This document shows positions 9,798-20,101 of a DNA stretch of 64,000 nt, one piece after another. Under the pieces are notes generated by a model. It was not told the DNA's origin and did not search any database. It worked only from the letters and a program-made list of their open reading frames with translations. How positions within the stretch are numbered: position 1 is the stretch's first letter; each line of letters begins with the position of its first letter. Source of the DNA: Thermodesulfobacteriota bacterium (GTDB taxonomy: Bacteria > Desulfobacterota > Desulfobacteria > Desulfobacterales > C00003060); NCBI GenBank assembly GCA_034189385.1, contig JAXHVD010000005.1, forward strand, positions 64,001 through 128,000. The letters run 5' to 3'. Position numbers and translations under genes: made by a program.

Positions 9798-11102
9798 TTA
9801 GGGTCCAAATTTCTCTCTTGGGGGGTTGAAATATCCGAATTTCAGCGTGGGAAAAGCCTTTCGCACCCTTTCCATGACGGTGTGCATCCCCATCAGTTGT
9901 GCTTCGGGGCTACCGTCGCCCATAATTTGCCAGTAGCGCACCGGGTCAAAATTCAGGTTCCGCCATTGGATCATCTGGACGGGATGGTTATCCAGAAAAG
10001 ACAGAAAAGCGGCCATTTCCTCCTTGGAATCGGTGAACCCAGGCAGGTTCAGATAGTTCATGGAAACAAATTTGCCTTTATGTCCGGCCAAATCGATGCT
10101 TGCAACCACATCCTCGAAGCTGTAGCCTTTTGGTCGGAAATAGGCTTCATAGAACCGTTTCCTGACGCTGTTCATGCTTACCCGAATGGCGTCTAGGCCT
10201 GCCTCAAAGAGTCTCTCCAGCACAGACGGAAGGCTGGCATTGGTATTCATATTGATGGTACCCCGTTGAGTGGCCTGTCGAATAAGCCGAATGGCGGGTT
10301 CAATCACCTTTGCGGCCAGTAGAGGCTCCCCCTCACATCCTTGACCGAAACTGACCACAGGTCTTTTGGTATGGCTGATATGATGCATGGCAATCTGTGC
10401 AATCTCGTCCGGCGTAGGAGTGAAATCAATCCGCTTTTGGGTACTTGGAATGTCGCTCTCTCGCTGCAGGGAAAGACACCCGTGACATTTGGCATTGCAT
10501 TTCACCGACGTGGGTAGAGGGCCTTCACAGCGTTCCAGAAAGAAGTTCTTGGCTGCGGGACAGCCGTAAGTGAGGGCGCAGGTCTCAAGATGGGCCCTCA
10601 GTCGATTTGAAGGCATGGTACGACGAAGGGAGGCGATTCCCTCGACGATCTTGTCATGGGGCATAAGCCGCAGGTCCTGGCGTCTTTCCCGGTCCACCCG
10701 AATGGCTGCCACTCGAAATCTTCCCTTAAGCCAGCCAATAGCACCGTAAGAAAAAAGGGGGAGAGGGGCGGGATCGGGCTGCTCTGCATAGGCGCTTACA
10801 AGAGAGATAGTGTAGCCCGGGGCGTTAAAGGCTGCTACGGGATAGACCGGCTCGCCTGGAGCATGGGGATTATCAGTGAGGACTTCGAATGTCTTGGCTG
10901 CCATGTTATAGACAATAGGCCTTCTATCCGGCAGGAACAGGTGTTCGCCTCCAAAGGGCATGTTAATAGTGTCCATCTCCGTAAGGGGAACCAATGTGGA
11001 ACCAGCCATCCCTACGGCAGCGTAGTGATCGAGATCAAAGAATTCTCCTTCCCTGTTTGCTACAAGGGCCTTTATGAACTGTCTCCGTTGTCTAGACATC
11101 AC
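9798..11102 (-). CDS. Radical SAM protein of unknown function
   Basis: CNAKCHGC motif, GQGCEGEP, NTNAS. Confidence 0.88.
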   Translation of the reverse strand: MMSRQRRQFIKALVANREGEFFDLDHYAAVGMAGSTLVPLTEMDTINMPFGGEHLFLPDRRPIVYNMAAKTFEVLTDNPHAPGEPVYPVAAFNAPGYTISLVSAYAEQPDPAPLPLFSYGAIGWLKGRFRVAAIRVDRERRQDLRLMPHDKIVEGIASLRRTMPSNRLRAHLETCALTYGCPAAKNFFLERCEGPLPTSVKCNAKCHGCLSLQRESDIPSTQKRIDFTPTPDEIAQIAMHHISHTKRPVVSFGQGCEGEPLLAAKVIEPAIRLIRQATQRGTINMNTNASLPSVLERLFEAGLDAIRVSMNSVRKRFYEAYFRPKGYSFEDVVASIDLAGHKGKFVSMNYLNLPGFTDSKEEMAAFLSFLDNHPVQMIQWRNLNFDPVRYWQIMGDGSPEAQLMGMHTVMERVRKAFPTLKFGYFNPPREKFGP

Positions 11103-11144
11103 ATTCCTTCAAGCCTTGACCGTGTTTCTCTGAACAACGAAAAA

Positions 11145-11327
11145 CCGGGTCCTCGACTCCGTCCTTTTACCGCCTTTTCCCCGATTTCCTGGCCTTGGGC
11201 CTCAATTCAAGAAGCCTATTTTGAACACGGTCCCCTCCATTACGAACCCATCTGCGGCCACAAACATCATGGTCATCTCCGGTGCACCAAGTGTGGCAAA
11301 ACGATAGAACCTCAGGAAGGGCTTTGA
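11145..11327 (+). pseudogene. Fur/Zur family regulator relic (frameshifted, truncated)
   Basis: SFYRLFPDFLALGL in one frame, then IQEAYFEHGPLHYEPICGHKHHGHLRCTKCGKTIE in another; no start codon, premature stop. Confidence 0.7.
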
Positions 11328-11344
11328 AGCGGCGGCGGGTGGCC

Positions 11345-12394
11345 CTATCTCAGAATACCTGCAAAACGATCAGCAATTTCCTTCATGTTTTTTAGATAAT
11401 CTCTGGCCAACGGATCAATATGCACCACCTTGCCTCCAATGGCACGGGCCACGGTTTCAGCACTGGTTTTGCTGAACTGCTTCTGCACGAATATGATGCC
11501 GATGCCCTCTTCCTTCGCCTCTTCAATGATACGAATGAGATCTTTGGCCGTTGGCTCCTTGCCTTCGATTTCGATGGGAATTTGCTCCAGCCCGTAGTCA
11601 CGGGCAAAGTACCCCCATGCTGGATGAAAAACCATGAATTTACCGGTCTTTGCCTTTTTCAGGGACTGTGCGATTTTCCTGTCTAGCTCGTCAAGATCGC
11701 GCTCAAGGGCTTTGAGATTCTCCAGGTAATAAGTCCTGTGAGCAGGATCTTCCGCTGCCAGGGCTTCAAAGACGGTCTGGGCCTGTATCTTGACCAGTCT
11801 AAGACTTAACCAGATATGGGGGTCTTTCAGGCCTTCGCCGCGATGACGGTGGGCAGACCCACGTTCTCCATGGCCGTTGTGTCGGTGGTGTTCATCCTGG
11901 TCCTTTTCTTGATGACGACCTTGGAGCCCATGTCTTTCTTCATGATGATGGGCTTTCATGGGCAGAAGCTCGATGCCGTGACGGGTGTCAACAACCTTCA
12001 TGTTCGGGTTGATCTTGCTTATCCGTTCCATCCAGACTTTTTCAAAATCCACGCCAATGCGAAAGTAAAGCTTGGCCTGGCTGAGCTCGTACATCTGTTT
12101 TGGCCCGGGTTCGTACGTGTGAGGGCTGTGACCGGGCCCAACCATGACCGAGACGTCTACAAGGTCTCCGCCCACGCGGTCTAAGAAATAGGCTTGGGGG
12201 AGAATGCTGACGAAAACCTTCATCTCCGGTTCTAGAGGACCCGATATTTCCGCAGACGATTGGGATCCAATTGGAAGGAGCAATCCGGCGAACACCAGGA
12301 TAAGGCCAACGATGCACACAGAATGCCTTCTCCTTGTTTCTCGTTGCCTCCCTGCCAAGGATATCCGTTTCATGTGTGTCACTTGTCTTTGCAT
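11345..12394 (-). CDS. znuA: Zn/Mn ABC transporter substrate-binding protein with His-rich loop
   Basis: SPHTYEP, DPHIWLS, HPAWGYFA, His-rich insert. Confidence 0.85.
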   Translation of the reverse strand: MQRQVTHMKRISLAGRQRETRRRHSVCIVGLILVFAGLLLPIGSQSSAEISGPLEPEMKVFVSILPQAYFLDRVGGDLVDVSVMVGPGHSPHTYEPGPKQMYELSQAKLYFRIGVDFEKVWMERISKINPNMKVVDTRHGIELLPMKAHHHEERHGLQGRHQEKDQDEHHRHNGHGERGSAHRHRGEGLKDPHIWLSLRLVKIQAQTVFEALAAEDPAHRTYYLENLKALERDLDELDRKIAQSLKKAKTGKFMVFHPAWGYFARDYGLEQIPIEIEGKEPTAKDLIRIIEEAKEEGIGIIFVQKQFSKTSAETVARAIGGKVVHIDPLARDYLKNMKEIADRFAGILR

Positions 12395-12463
12395 GGGAAT
12401 AAGGTGTGGAAAGGGGCCATTGGCCCCAGATGGAAGCCCCGTAGTGTTGTCAAAGTGGCTGGT

Positions 12464-14653
12464 TCATGCCAATCCAATGATCTTGCCGCCTTGATAGATC
12501 AAAAAGGCAACGACCCAGGCCAGAACGGTGCTGTAACCGATGCTGAAGAAGGTCCACTTCCAGGAATTCGTTTCCCGTCTGATGACTGCCACAGTGGCGA
12601 GGCAGGGGACATAGATGAGCACAAAGGCCATCATGGCATAGGCGGAAAGGGCCGTCATCCCAGATTTCTTAAGGGCTCCTTTCAAGGCCTCATTTCTCTC
12701 GGTCCCATCAGCCCCGACGGCATAGAGAACGCCCATGGTGCTTACCACAATCTCCTTGGCAACAAAACCGGAGATGACTGCCACACTGCCACGCCAGTCC
12801 ATGCCAATAGGAGCAAAGATCGGGGCCAAGGCTTTTCCTAGATAGCCCATGTAGGATTTTTCCACCTTCTCTCTGGCCTTCTGCGCTTCCACGGCGGAGA
12901 TGGCTTTATCCCGTTGCCGCATGAGTGCTTCACCGCTATTCCCCTGCAATTGGAGGATCTGAGTCTCATACTTGGCATGGACGGTTGCTATCTCCGATTC
13001 GTAGTCCCTTGAGTACTCAATGTCCTGTGGAAAGGCACTCAAGAACCACACAACAACCGACCCGATTAGGATCACGCCTCCCATTTTCTTTAGAAAAATC
13101 TTGCTGCGATCCCACATATGGATAAGCAGTCCTTTAAACATGGGGGCCCGATACGGTGGAAGTTCCATGACAAAGGGAGCCACTTTACCTCTGAGTACGG
13201 TGGATCGAAACAGACGCCCCACAAGAATCGCCAGCACGATGCCCAAGGCGTAGATGGAAAAAATAGCGTTGCCGGCCTTGACTCCAAAAAAAGTACCGGC
13301 CAGAAGGATATACACGGGTAATCTAGCAGAACACGACATCAGGGGATTGATTAGAATCGTCAATATACGATCCTTTTCGCTTTCCAAGGTCCTGGTGGCC
13401 ATGATGGCTGGGGCATTGCAGCCGAAACCCATGAGCAAGGGGATGAAGGACTTGCCATGGAGCCCGATGAGGTGCATGACCTTGTCCATTAAGAAGGCAG
13501 CCCGAGCCATATAGCCGGTATCCTCAAACAGGGCAATGCAGAAGAAAAGGATCAGGATGTTCGGCAAGAATATGATGACACTTCCCACGCCGGCAATGAT
13601 GCCGTCTACGATCAGATCGTGCAGGAGGCCCTGTGGCAGACGCCCTCCGATGGCTCCGCCCAGCCAGCCCACGCCTGAATCTATCCAGCCCATGGGATAG
13701 GTCCCCAGTGAGAAGGTGATCTGGAACATGGCCCAAATGAAGAAGACAAAGATAGGAAGCCCCAGCAGTCGGTTGGTCAAGATCTGGTCTACTTGCCGGG
13801 AAATGTCTATACGTCTTCCCGATACTGTCTTTAAGGCCTCTTTCACAATACCGGCGATAAAACCGTACCGGTGGTCTGTCATGACAATCTCGGGTTCCTC
13901 ATCAAAGAATTGGCGGAGCCTCTCCCGTTTCTGCTCCGCCTCACAGAGGATAGCCTCTCCTTCTGGGCTGGCCGCCTGAAGGGTCCTTTCTTGAACGATC
14001 TTGTCCTTTTCAAGGAGCTTCACGGCAATCCAGCGAACACTGTGAGGAAGCCTTTTACCCATTTTGTCCTTTATGAATGTGGACAATTCCCCAATGGTCT
14101 TTTCAATGTCTTTGCCGTAATAAACACGGCGGGTGCGAGGAAGCTCTATATCCGTTTCTGCCACGGCGATGATGGCCTTGAGGAGTTGATCTGTGCCTTC
14201 GTTCTTGTTGCCGACCGTGAACACCACCGGCACGTCAAGCAGTTCAGACAGCTTCTCGCCGTCGATCTTGATACCGCGCTGGCGGGCCACATCGGCCATG
14301 TTCAGGACATAGATGACCTTCGTGTCAAGTTCCCGAAGCTGTGTGGCCAGGTAGAGATTGCGCTCCAAGTTCGAGGCGTCAATGATATCAACGACTACGT
14401 CAGGTTTTTCATCCAGGATGAAATCGCGAGCCACGATTTCTTCGATAGAATAGGCGGTAAGGCTGTATGTGCCAGGGAGATCGACAATGGTGAGTTCATA
14501 CCCGTTGGTGCTAAGATGGCCTTCTTTTTTTTCTACAGTGACGCCAGGCCAGTTTCCTACCTTCTGGCGGGTACCTGTGAGATTATTAAATATCGTGCTC
14601 TTGCCCGAGTTGGGATTGCCGGCAAGGGCTACTGTAATGGAGTGGGGGGCCAT
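12464..14653 (-). CDS. feoB: Ferrous iron transport protein B
   Basis: GNPNSGKS, GNWPGVTVE, DLPGTYSL, GFGCN, CSARLP, YVPCLAT. Confidence 0.97.
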   Translation of the reverse strand: MAPHSITVALAGNPNSGKSTIFNNLTGTRQKVGNWPGVTVEKKEGHLSTNGYELTIVDLPGTYSLTAYSIEEIVARDFILDEKPDVVVDIIDASNLERNLYLATQLRELDTKVIYVLNMADVARQRGIKIDGEKLSELLDVPVVFTVGNKNEGTDQLLKAIIAVAETDIELPRTRRVYYGKDIEKTIGELSTFIKDKMGKRLPHSVRWIAVKLLEKDKIVQERTLQAASPEGEAILCEAEQKRERLRQFFDEEPEIVMTDHRYGFIAGIVKEALKTVSGRRIDISRQVDQILTNRLLGLPIFVFFIWAMFQITFSLGTYPMGWIDSGVGWLGGAIGGRLPQGLLHDLIVDGIIAGVGSVIIFLPNILILFFCIALFEDTGYMARAAFLMDKVMHLIGLHGKSFIPLLMGFGCNAPAIMATRTLESEKDRILTILINPLMSCSARLPVYILLAGTFFGVKAGNAIFSIYALGIVLAILVGRLFRSTVLRGKVAPFVMELPPYRAPMFKGLLIHMWDRSKIFLKKMGGVILIGSVVVWFLSAFPQDIEYSRDYESEIATVHAKYETQILQLQGNSGEALMRQRDKAISAVEAQKAREKVEKSYMGYLGKALAPIFAPIGMDWRGSVAVISGFVAKEIVVSTMGVLYAVGADGTERNEALKGALKKSGMTALSAYAMMAFVLIYVPCLATVAVIRRETNSWKWTFFSIGYSTVLAWVVAFLIYQGGKIIGLA

Positions 14654-14656
14654 CTG

Positions 14657-14896
14657 TTATGTTGCTCCAAGCCTTACGTTTTCGACTTGAACCCAGGCGG
14701 CTTCATCCACGCGAAGAGACACATGGTAGCCTTTCAGGATGAGTTCAATAGGGTCTTTCAAGGGGGCGTATTTTTCAACATACACCTCTGTGCCGCGCAA
14801 AAACCCCATCTCAAGGAGTCGCCTACGAAAAGAACCTTTACCCGACACCCGAACGACTGTGGCTACCTGACCTTCCTGCAGTTCACTCAGGTTCAC
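14657..14896 (-). CDS. feoA: Ferrous iron transport protein A
   Basis: RRLLEMGF, APLKDPI; directly upstream of feoB. Confidence 0.92.
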   Translation of the reverse strand: MNLSELQEGQVATVVRVSGKGSFRRRLLEMGFLRGTEVYVEKYAPLKDPIELILKGYHVSLRVDEAAWVQVENVRLGAT

Positions 14897-15588
14897 GGCA
14901 AGTCCCTTCGGTCTCCATTTGGTTTGACCATGATCTTTCTGGCAATCCCTCGGCCCAAGGCCAACCTCGTGGCATTTACTGCCACCACCACTTGTCCCTC
15001 ACCCCTGTTGGTGATGACTTCCACTTCATCTCCGCTTCGCAGCCCCATGGTAGCCAAGCGCAGTTGTGCGCCAGCACCTCCCATGAACTCTTCTATGATG
15101 CCCCGCTCCCCTTCTTGGGCATACGATAGCGGCATCAATTGGACGCGTTCTTTCACACAGTCTGCGCAAAGCCCGTAGATCTCCATCTTGTGCTGGAGCA
15201 TGTGAAAGCCATGGGTAGCCGCTATTTCCACTTGCAGGTGTTCCATCTGCTGATTTTTGAACTCAACAATCTTCCGGCACTTCGTACATATGAGGTGATC
15301 GTGGTGTAACCCAAGGTGACGATGCTCGTAACGGGTGGGCTGACCTTCGAATTTTTCCTTTGAGGCAAACCCATACCGGCACATCAGGTTGAGTGTCTTC
15401 TTTACGAAGTCAGGCTCAAAATGAAGGCCTTTTCTTTCTAACAGGTCCATGAGATCTTTGAAGCTTACATGTGCCTCTTGTCCAAGAAAGACGCCGAGGA
15501 TGGCCATTCGATCCTGAATTTGGTCTATTCCTTCCCTTTCAAAAAGACGTTTGAATTGTCGCTTTTCCTGCTGATGAATCGGGTCCAT
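14893..15588 (-). CDS. Fur family regulator fused to a C-terminal FeoA domain
   Basis: HHDHLICTKC...GLCADC Fur motifs followed by FeoA-like RLATMGL...RLALGRGIA. Confidence 0.88.
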   Translation of the reverse strand: MDPIHQQEKRQFKRLFEREGIDQIQDRMAILGVFLGQEAHVSFKDLMDLLERKGLHFEPDFVKKTLNLMCRYGFASKEKFEGQPTRYEHRHLGLHHDHLICTKCRKIVEFKNQQMEHLQVEIAATHGFHMLQHKMEIYGLCADCVKERVQLMPLSYAQEGERGIIEEFMGGAGAQLRLATMGLRSGDEVEVITNRGEGQVVVAVNATRLALGRGIARKIMVKPNGDRRDLP

Positions 15589-15601
15589 AAAACAGGCCCC
15601 C

Positions 15602-15622
15602 TATTGCAACTAAATTTCAATA
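15602..15622. promoter_or_regulatory. Putative Fur box upstream of the fur-feoA-feoB operon
   Basis: Imperfect palindrome TATTGCAACTAAATTTCAATA just upstream of the operon start. Confidence 0.6.
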
Positions 15623-15692
15623 AAGTTAATGCACGACAGCGAGCTTGTCAATCCCTGCTTCGGGGCGTGCTGGTGACTTGACGTATGGTTGC

Positions 15693-15941
15693 CTAACTTT
15701 TGGAATAACCGGGGAACTCTATCGAGGTGCAGGTCCCGGAGGCACATTGCCTGGATTCGACCGTTGGGCGTCGTGCTTCGCCTCCACTCGGGCCTACTGA
15801 ATAGGTGGTGGTGCTCATGACACGTTCAAAGTCAGAGGATTGACAGTGGGGACACCTCATGTCAAACCCGTCCTCTTCTTTGACCTTGAGGAGCTCGAAG
15901 ACCTGGTTACACTTCAAACAGCGGAATTCATATATGGGCAT
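15693..15941 (-). CDS. FmdB family zinc-ribbon protein
   Basis: MPIYEFRCLKC...CPHC; RBS GAAAGGAG before the ATG at 15941. Confidence 0.85.
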   Translation of the reverse strand: MPIYEFRCLKCNQVFELLKVKEEDGFDMRCPHCQSSDFERVMSTTTYSVGPSGGEARRPTVESRQCASGTCTSIEFPGYSKS

Positions 15942-16225
15942 GATTATTCTCCTTTCTATATCATGAGTATAACAAAACCCAAAGATGGAGGCAATCATTA
16001 AATCTCCCACCGCGGAGACTGATGGGTTGTCCATGATCCCAGCTCGGCGGGAGAGCCTTCCCCTTGACCACCCAATAGGATTATCCTATTTTCTTATAAA
16101 AGGCTTAAGAAAAGCTTGCGCTCAGAAGTGGCAGTGAACCTCTTTGGCGGACGGTGATGAAAAGAGGCCCATGGCTGAAGTGGTCCACACTAGAACTTAT
16201 GAACATTACGACAAAATAATAGGAT

Positions 16226-16759
16226 ATGAGCGATACAAACTGGTGTGTCATCAGCGGTGCGCCGTCTTCAGGAAAAACAACGCTGGTGGAGGAGCTTGAA
16301 AGGCGCGGCTACCGGGTTATTCATGAAGTGGCCAGGGCCATCATTGAAGCAGGGATGGAGCAGGGCCGAACGCTAGAAGAGATTAGATCAGATGCAGAGT
16401 CTTTTGAAAACCTTGTCCTGAACACCAAGATTGCCATAGAGGCAGATCTTCCAAAGGATGAGGTCATTTTTCTTGACAGGGCCGTACCAGACAGCATTGC
16501 ATATTTTGAGATTGCAGGTTTGAATCCAGAGGAGGCTCTCGCAAAAAGCCCTCGCAATCGTTACAAGAAGGTTTTTTTGCTGGATAGACTTGCCTATCTG
16601 AGGGATGATGCCAGAATAGAAGATCAGGAGGAGGCCGCAAGTCTGGATCAAAGCCTGGAGGCCAGCTACTCAGCGCTCGGCTATGAGGTGATCAGAATTG
16701 GGGTGATGCCCGTCAAAGAGAGACTAACACGCGTCATAGAGGAAATAGAAAAAGAGTAA
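16226..16759 (+). CDS. P-loop NTPase, AAA_28 (NadR/Ttd14-like)
   Basis: GAPSSGKTT Walker A, FLDRA. Confidence 0.8.
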   Translation: MSDTNWCVISGAPSSGKTTLVEELERRGYRVIHEVARAIIEAGMEQGRTLEEIRSDAESFENLVLNTKIAIEADLPKDEVIFLDRAVPDSIAYFEIAGLNPEEALAKSPRNRYKKVFLLDRLAYLRDDARIEDQEEAASLDQSLEASYSALGYEVIRIGVMPVKERLTRVIEEIEKE

Positions 16760-16828
16760 GGGTTCATCCTGTTACCCTTGGCGAGTGACAACCACCGGCT
16801 GTTGCCACCAGGAAAAGGAGGTGCCTCT

Positions 16829-17359
16829 ATGGAGAGGAAGGTTGGGAATTCAGTAGTTGAGGTGAGCCAGTCCGACTTGACTGAGATGGACACAGATGCC
16901 ATCGTCAATGCCGCCAACGCGCAGCTTATCCTAGGCGCTGGTGTGGCCGGCGCCATCAAGGCCAAGGGCGGTCCAAAGATCCAACAAGCATGCAATGTCA
17001 TTGGGGGGACCTTTGTAGGCGGGGCGGTGATAACGACAGGAGGAAATCTAAAAGCCCGTCACGTCATCCATGCAGTAGGGCCTCAGATGGGTGAAGGCGA
17101 AGAAGACGAAAAGCTCAAAAACGCCACCCTAAATAGCCTCAAGGTGGCAGATGAAAACAACCTTGCCAGCCTCAGTTTTCCGGCTATCAGTACGGGCATC
17201 TTTGGCTTTCCAAAGGACCGCTGCGCCGAGATCATGCTTGGTACTGTCATTGAGTATCTAAAAAAGGGAGAGACCAGACTTCAAAGGGTGGTCTTCTGTC
17301 TTCACGGAGCGTCCAGTTTCGAGATTTTCTCAGCAGCCTTGAAACGGCTCCAAGCATAA
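16829..17359 (+). CDS. Macro domain protein
   Basis: DAIVNAAN, GAGVAGAI, HAVGP, PAISTGIFGFP; AGGAGG RBS. Confidence 0.92.
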   Translation: MERKVGNSVVEVSQSDLTEMDTDAIVNAANAQLILGAGVAGAIKAKGGPKIQQACNVIGGTFVGGAVITTGGNLKARHVIHAVGPQMGEGEEDEKLKNATLNSLKVADENNLASLSFPAISTGIFGFPKDRCAEIMLGTVIEYLKKGETRLQRVVFCLHGASSFEIFSAALKRLQA

Positions 17360-17508
17360 ACATAATCTGAGTGTCACTTACGTCGTGCATCCTGCCAGAT
17401 GGCGTCCACAGGTGGAAGCCTTAACTTGCCAGGGGCATGATGCGGCGCAACCCGATTCTGTCTGGTCGGAGGAGGCCAGAGGAAGCGGCATGGACTTCTT
17501 ACAAACCG

Positions 17509-18912
17509 TCATTGTGGTGGGCATGGCATGGAGTTGTTCACAGGCGAAGGGATCCTACTTGCAGGAACCATAACCTTGGCATTCGCCCTTTGTTCCCAGT
17601 CAGTGACATCTTCTTTCTGGAGAAAAAGCGCAGTGTTGCCGTGACAATTGTTGCAGTTTTTGTTTTGTGGCGTCACCCGTTGAAGCGTGTGAGGTGTGTC
17701 CAGTTTCCAGGTAGGAAGTCTGTCAAAATCGCTTAGCCCGTCCTTTACATAGAAATCAAAGAGGCCCGGATGTGCAGGGGCATGACGCAACACTACATAG
17801 TTATAGGGCCTGTCTTCACTCTTGCCAGGATTGATGCCTATCTTAAAGAGCATCGTGGTTTCCCTAGATTGGTAGTAGGGAAGGCCTTGTTTGTCTGTTC
17901 CAACGTGGCACTGGAAGCAGTTTTTGTAGGGCCTGCCGTGGCAGACTTGGCATGCCACCTTGTCCCTGTGAATCCTGTGTGACGCTGTGCTAGGGTTTTC
18001 CGATACAGCGTCCCAGTGGCAGTTTTCGCATCGGGGCCTCTCGGGCAGATCAAGTCGACTGGAAACCCCCATGGCATCAGCATGCATCTCCATGCCGGTG
18101 TGGCAGTCCATACACGTCATGTTCACTTTGGCATAATGGACGTCTGCTGGATACCCCTCGTTTCCCCCAGTATACTCCTTATAAGTGCGGCCGCTGTGGC
18201 AGCCCGCACAGCCAGAGTCCATTGGTGGGCTCTTCTGAAAAACATGTCCGGCCAGGAACCCCCCCTCCGCGTAATCTGGACGGCTGACATGACACTGCCC
18301 GCAGCTTGCGTGACAGACACTGCAGTGCTTATCTCTGGCCGACCAGACTTTGTCCATGATTCCCTGGTCCTTCTTGTTGGTCCGGGCCCTGATCGTCCTG
18401 CTGAAGGGAGCCAGCGTGTAGTGAAGGCTATTCTTGGCTGTGGACGTGATACCCTGGTGACATGCTCCGCAAGCCTTGTCGGCATCGGGAAAGGTGGGAT
18501 CTCTCACAAGCCCCTCGTGGGCGGCCTGCCAATTGGATGCCAGTGGGTTGCCTTGATGGCATGTCTGGCAAGGTATTTTCCCATGGCGGGTCTTGAGGAA
18601 TGACCGGTCAACATAGGTCCTCTCGTGCGGCTCGGACCAAGCCACAGGCTCGGCTCAACATTCGCCAGTGGATTCTGGTGACGGGCCAGGCTTTGGCCTT
18701 ACCTTTTCCATCTCCCTGGCCAAGGTGACTTGCCTTTCGGCATTGGTGTGGCAACTGACGCATTCACTCTGCGCCAAGTCCTGGTTAGCCACAGAACGCG
18801 GTGACACGCCACACGCCGGCAGGGCAAAAGATAAGACTAGAAGTCCAATGGAGATAAAAAATGCTCCCAGCCTATTTGTCCTGTTCCATTTCAGAGAGTC
18901 TATCTCGAGCAT
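17509..18912 (-). CDS. 11-heme c-type cytochrome lipoprotein, probable selenoprotein (Sec at TGA 18655-18657); start codon uncertain
   Basis: ORFs 18655..19014 and 17509..18645 are in frame across one TGA; lipobox LPAC; 1+10 CXXCH motifs; hairpin 3' of the TGA. Confidence 0.8.
18627..18654 (-). promoter_or_regulatory. Candidate bacterial SECIS element
   Basis: Minus strand after TGA reads GCCGAGCCT GTGGCTTG GTC CGAGCCGC: 8-bp stem (2 G-U pairs) with a G-containing loop ~17 nt from the UGA. Confidence 0.6.
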
Positions 18913-19093
18913 TTCTCGCATATTCGCTGTCGGGGTAATTAGCCACAATTTCCTGGTACAACTTCTTGGCGTGCTCTTCGTTGTGTTGCAACTCTTCCAG
19001 CCGTGCGGTATCAAAAAGCTCTTCAGCCTTATTGCCCGTGCAGCCAGAAAGGGCTAGGGCAGCCCAAAGAAAGAGGAAAGAATATCGTTTCAT
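18872..19093 (-). CDS. Small lipoprotein with a single TPR-like unit
   Basis: Lipobox LSGC; AKKLYQEIVANYPDSEYA; AGGAGG RBS. Confidence 0.75.
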   Translation of the reverse strand: MKRYSFLFLWAALALSGCTGNKAEELFDTARLEELQHNEEHAKKLYQEIVANYPDSEYARNARDRLSEMEQDK

Positions 19094-19398
19094 AGGCCCT
19101 CCTTAATTTATTGCTTATCACGAAATGGTGAGGGACATCAAATGGCCCCCCCCTTCTGTGGCGGTGGTTTTTAAGTCTACCAAGTCTCAGGGCGATTTTC
19201 CAAATAGATCTTGAGGGGCGGGATCTTTTCTGCCATACTATTAAATAATCGTCAATGATACCAAAGTATTGCAGAAAGCGTCATGGACCAAAGGGAGCGC
19301 TGGGGCTCGCTAGGACCACATTTAGTGGTTCTCAACGTTGTTGACGGGATGCAGCAACCAACATTCTGGGAACATGACCGCCTGCAGAGCACAGAGAT

Positions 19399-20040
19399 AT
19401 GCCGACAGAAGAGGACTACAAGACAGCTCGTGCGCTGGCATTTGAAAAGCTAGCAGAACTCGATGTTGGGGGGTGCTGCAAGAGGGCGGGGCTATCATTT
19501 GAAACAGTCTCACCAGACAAGAAGCGTGTCTCGATTCCGTATCTGGGCAAGACATACCATCTGAGTGTGTCGACCGAGAAGACCTCCTTTGATGAAGGTG
19601 AAGAGGCTCCCAAGATATCTGATCAGGTTCTCCTGCTCCACTATCTGATCACCGCTACCGGCATTCCTTTTGCGGACGAATGGATTACTTTTCGCGAAGT
19701 CCCGTCGGGCTCATTTTACTACCCGTCCTTTGTAAAACGGGCTATTGACCCCCTCGTAAGATCCTTTGGAAAGAGGCCAGAGCTCTTGGAAGGGACAGCC
19801 GGGAGGCTCGGTCAATTGATGGTGACCCTCCCGGGCGACAAGGGGGCGAAAATCTTAGCCCTTCCACGGGTGCCTGTAGTCCTTGCCCTGTGGAGGGGAG
19901 ATGACGAATTCCCGCCAGAGGGGAATGTCTATTTTGACGCCTCTGTTTCTTCCTATCTTTCCACAGAAGACATCGCCTACCTGGCCGGCGCAACGGTATA
20001 TAGGATCATCAGCATGGCACGTGATGTGGCGGGATTGTGA
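19399..20040 (+). CDS. DUF3786-like protein
   Basis: LLHYL, WITFREVPSG, LPRVP, DDEFP, STED pattern. Confidence 0.8.
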   Translation: MPTEEDYKTARALAFEKLAELDVGGCCKRAGLSFETVSPDKKRVSIPYLGKTYHLSVSTEKTSFDEGEEAPKISDQVLLLHYLITATGIPFADEWITFREVPSGSFYYPSFVKRAIDPLVRSFGKRPELLEGTAGRLGQLMVTLPGDKGAKILALPRVPVVLALWRGDDEFPPEGNVYFDASVSSYLSTEDIAYLAGATVYRIISMARDVAGL

Positions 20041-20101
20041 CCGCCTGTGGAGTGTTAGAGTAATGGAATGGCGAGGTGATGGCTTCCAAGAGGCTGGTGC
20101 C

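Noticed and set aside
10656..11327. 223-aa ORF as a real gene
   Set aside because: Mostly antisense to the radical SAM gene; only the last ~35 codons are meaningful (Fur relic)
13871..15178. 435-aa ORF on the + strand
   Set aside because: Antisense shadow of feoB/feoA/fur with no recognisable motifs
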